Assembly: GCF_000372725.1 (NCBI RefSeq)
Contig: NW_005201123.1
Location: 186,001 to 250,000 of the forward strand
Reading direction: 5' to 3'
From: Emiliania huxleyi CCMP1516
Taxonomy: Eukaryota
Length of the DNA: 64,000 bases
The position numbers were made by a program, and so were the translations under genes. Below, piece by piece: positions 60,300 through 64,000 of the stretch; positions within the stretch are counted from its first letter, which is position 1; each line of letters opens with the position of its first letter. The notes under the pieces are model-generated. The model was not told the DNA's origin, ran no database searches, and saw nothing but the letters and a program-made list of their open reading frames with translations.

Positions 60300-61799
60300 C
60301 ACAACTTAGCGTGAGCATAGCGCCTGTTTGTAGCCCGCCGCGGCGCCGGTAATATTTTCCTTTGTTGTACGTCTTTCTTTCTTTCTTTCGGCCGGTGTTG
60401 GTGCGCGCGGTGGTGGCGGGTGAGCGGGATGTCTGGGGCCCGAGAGAGATGCGTCATGCGTGTGTCTGCCTTGCGTTTGTTTCATATCGAAGGCATAAAC
60501 AAAAAAATGGAGCTCGGCTAGGGTTGCGCAGCGACAGGAGCGAGTTCGCGCTGCGCTAGGCTCAGACGGCGAGTTCGCGCTGCGCTAGGCTCAGTACGGC
60601 GAGTTCGCGCTGTGCGGCCTGGCTGCACCGCTCTAGCAAGAGACTCTAGGCTCTCCTCTTGCGAAGATTTTATCTCTCGGCTGCGTTGGCTCGCCAAAGT
60701 CTTGTTGTTCTCGATGGCTGCTCGATGGCGCTGGGTGATGCTCCGATAAACCCTCCGGATCTTCGACAAAAGTTGGACATTTCTTTTTTCAAAGTGCAAG
60801 GTGTGAATAAGAGGTTTATGATAGGGCTAATACGACGAACTATGCGGCAATCGACTGGGGGGCAGCCCCCCAGCACATCCCGCACAGAGACCTCGTAGTA
60901 ACCCTACTAGTACCGCCGATGCGATAGCTCAGTCAGTGATTGACAGTCAGTCAGCAGCAGACTTTGACGATTGGTGGCCTCGCGCCCTCAGTCGCCCTCC
61001 TCTACTGACGGCCCTGCCCCAGCCCAGATGCCTCATCCAGGGTGGTGCAACCACTCGCGCAGGGAGAGAGAGACAGTCGGCGATCTGCGCCGCGCAGATG
61101 AGCTCCGCCTCGTCTGCGTCGAGGACGTCCACCGCAGGGCTATCATAGCGCCATATGACGCACTGCCTGTTGTTCATTACTTCGCAGGTGCCAACGTCGA
61201 GGACAATCTCACTGGTGGCGGCTGCACTCCCGGCCGGCGGTAGGAGAGATGAAGGCTAATGTACTTGGCAGTGTACGGGGCCTACCGGCGTGAACAGTGC
61301 CCCGGGACGAAAGAGGAGGCGACATCTCTCTCGTCCACGAGCGCCTCGATGTGCGCATCGACGGTGTAACCAGCTTTGAGAGACGGGAATGAACGGCGGT
61401 AAGTCGCTGACAGGTGCGCCTTCGTTCCTACCACCACTCCCACCAGTGGAGCAGCTCGTTCGAGCTGTTGAGTGTTGTTGTACTCTGCTGTGGCGCCAGC
61501 TCGGTGTACAATACGGACGAAGACGGCCACAGCAACGGTGTAACCAGCGCGAGCATACAGGCAGCGCGAACCGCTGTGCTCGGCGCGCCGGCCGCCGAAA
61601 TCCTCGCTCGAGTTCTTTGGCATAGGGGAACCCCAAACCCTAAATTTTCTTCGCCTGCGGCAGGCCATCACTTTGATTCGCTGCTTTCGTATTAAATAGC
61701 TCTTTCGCACGCCTTTATCAGCAGGTCCGGGGTGAGGGCCGGCCTTCATATCTGCTGTATTTTGATAACTGCGCCTGGCGTACTCTGCTCCGCCACCTG

Positions 61800-62276
61800 A
61801 GCCAGTTGCCGGCCCGGTGGACAGCTCGAGGGGTAGTGCGGTGACGGACTCGACCATCACGCCCATGTTCGAGGGCTCGTCCACGGCGTCGGCCACAGGC
61901 GTGCCGATCGAGGCAGGCGAGCCCATGTAGACCGGGATGAGGCACGCGAGCAGGACGAGTAGGATGGAAGCGCCGATGTACGGGCGAGGCAGCGCGGTGA
62001 CGGACGAGGTGAACTTGACCCACAGCCCGCCGCGCGCCCGTGCCTCCGCCGCATTGCGCGCCGCCGTCTTGGCCTTGAGGATGGCGGGCGTGTCGGTGGG
62101 GTTGGAGTCGGGGAAGGTGTCCTCGACCTGGTCGGTGCCGACGCCAGCGACAAAGCCGCCGACGATGCCGTCCGGGTCGAACGTGCGGGTGACAGAGTCG
62201 GCCAGCGCCGCCCGCACCTCCTCGTGGTCGGCCGCGGTGGAGTCCGACTTCTTGGCGAAGGGGTCGTGCGGAAGGG
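61800..62276 (-). pseudogene. Coding-like fragment truncated by the copia LTR (host gene or another retroelement)
   Basis: High-GC3 frame PHDPFAKKSD...ILLVLLACLIPVY begins at the LTR edge. Confidence 0.35.
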
Positions 62277-62639
62277 TGTGAAGGTCTTCAGTGACCACTC
62301 ACAAGCTGTTCCAAGGCCCGACAGAAATGTACTGTCAAAACTTTGTTCAAACAATGTGAAGGTCTTCAGTGACCACTCACAAGCTGTTCCAAGGCCCGAC
62401 AGAAATGTACTGTCAAAACTTTGTTCAAACAAAAGTCCTGGCCCGCGGCCCCCACACCCACAATGACTATCAATCCAGGCTGCGGGTGAAGGGCAAAACC
62501 GCGCCGCTGCAGAACGGTTTTTGCAAAACCGCGCCGCAGCGGTACGAAACTGCGCAGATGCAGTCCAGGGGTGGTAAGGACACTATGTGTGTGTGTGTGG
62601 CCGTAGACTAGACGGCTGCGCGGTCGTCGGTCTTCAACA
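62277..62639 (-). repeat. Copia 3' LTR (363 bp) with a 78 bp tandem duplication at its 3' end
   Basis: Polypurine tract GAGGATGGGGGGC precedes TGTTGAAG; ends CTTCACA; duplicated 62277-62354/62355-62432. Confidence 0.85.
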
Positions 62640-62850
62640 GCCCCCCATCCTCGCATCGGGTAGCGAGGCTGAGGATCTGAAGAAGCTAGACGACTCCTAC
62701 ATCTCCTACTATCGCGCGCACAATTGCGCAGCCTCCTCAAGGGTGGAGGACAAACATACAAGTGACTCGGGGAGCTCCAGGAGCGCCCATACTGCCGGTT
62801 GTCGACTACATTTGATGAAGGGGAAGTCGGCGTTTCCCCTCTGTGCCGTC

Positions 62851-64000
62851 CTAGGCGGTGTCGTTCATGATCTCCTTGCGGAACGACTCGAACTCCTTGC
62901 GCGGGAGCGGCTTGGTGAAGAAGTCGGCGAAGTTCTTGAGGCTCTCGACGTACTCGACCTTGACCTCCCCGGACTCGACGAGCTCGCGAATCTTGAGCTC
63001 CTTGCGCAGGATGTGCTTCGTCTTGTCGTGCATGACCGGGTCCTCGGCGACGCGCAGCGCGGCCGTGTTGTCGATCTTGATGACGGTCGGGCCCTTGGGC
63101 TTGTAGCCGAGCGACGCGAGGAGCGAGCGCAGGTGGACCGCCTCGCAAGCCGCCAGCGTGCCGGCAGAGATCTCGGCCTCGAATGTCGAGAGGGAGATGT
63201 GACCCTGCTTCTTGGAGAAGTACGAGATGATCGCGGTGCCGATCTTGAAGGCGCAGCCGGAGGTGCTCTGGCGGGTGCACCAGTTCGCGTCGGAGCAGCC
63301 GAAGAGCTTGGGGTCGGCAACGCGCTCGTAGTGGAGGCCGAGGTCCTGCGTGCCGATGAGGTAGATGAGGCAGCGCTCGGCGGCGGCCTCGATGTTCGCG
63401 TCGGGCCAAGCCATGCAGCGCGCCAGCTGCGAGACGGTGTACTGGATGTCGGGGCGCGCGTTGGTGGCGAACATGAGGCTGCCGATGAGGCACTGGCAGC
63501 GCTGGAGGAGCTGCGGGTCGGGCGCGGTCTTCTTCTCGGCTGCGCTGATGACGATGGACGGGAGGTCCTTGTCCGCGGGCACCTTGTAGCCCGCGTGCGT
63601 GACGCCTGAGGGGAAGAAGCGCGCGCGCAGCATGTCGATGTACTTGCTGGCAGACAGCTTGAAACCGGTCTGCGTCTTGGTGATGGTGAGCCCGAGGAAC
63701 TCGTGCACCTTTCCCTCGTGGACCTTGAGCGGCTTGCCGACGTGCTTGTTGAAGTGCTCGATGTACTCGTGCGCGAGCGCTTTGCCAGCGGTGGTCCCGG
63801 AGTGGAAGATGCCGAAGTCGTCCACGTAGATGACGACGATGAGTTTCGTGCTGTTGCGGGTGAGGATGAAGCAGCTCGGGTCCGCCTCGGACTGAACGAG
63901 CCCAGGAAACGCCTTGTTGATGGACTTGACGTGGTTCCACCAAGCGTTACCTGCGGATGGTGCGCCGTAGAGGTTGCCGACCTCGCACACCATGTCCTTC
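62851..64000 (-). mobile_element. pol: Ty1/copia pol C-terminus (RT + RNase H), open to the window edge
   Basis: LYG, DPSCF, IYVDD, FLGL, IGSLMF...RPDI, SDANW, STSG, SKKQ...STFEAE, DN, KHI, ADFFTKPL. Confidence 0.97.

Overview
GC-rich, intron-rich eukaryotic DNA. Frequent GC-AG introns and the gene content suggest a haptophyte such as Emiliania/Gephyrocapsa huxleyi (inference). Supported genes: Rab1 (11 exons, reconstructed by hand), an SPFH/Band-7 protein, a PAN/Apple-GT47 exostosin, a RING-H2 ligase, a GLTP-family protein, a PAN/Apple-sulfotransferase, a kinase-RING-RING2-like fusion, an SLC18B1-like MFS transporter, a Methyltransf_22-like protein, a lipocalin-like protein and an MRH-LNR-TM receptor. 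Intergenic DNA is largely nested mobile DNA: a Ty1/copia 3' end with LTR, an internally inverted CRE-clade non-LTR element, LINE fragments with T-rich tails, and MITEs with TA, 6, 8, 9 and 12 bp target-site duplications (TSDs), some with empty paralogous sites in the window. Most notable: (1) a near-identical ~590 bp PAN/Apple N-terminal cassette fused to two unrelated glycan-modifying enzymes; (2) a ~45 nt module recurring at rearrangement junctions; (3) unusual MRH-LNR and kinase-RBR-like architectures. A 100-N gap and three homopolymer-rich low-quality stretches are present. All calls are by-eye motif recognition; no searches were run.
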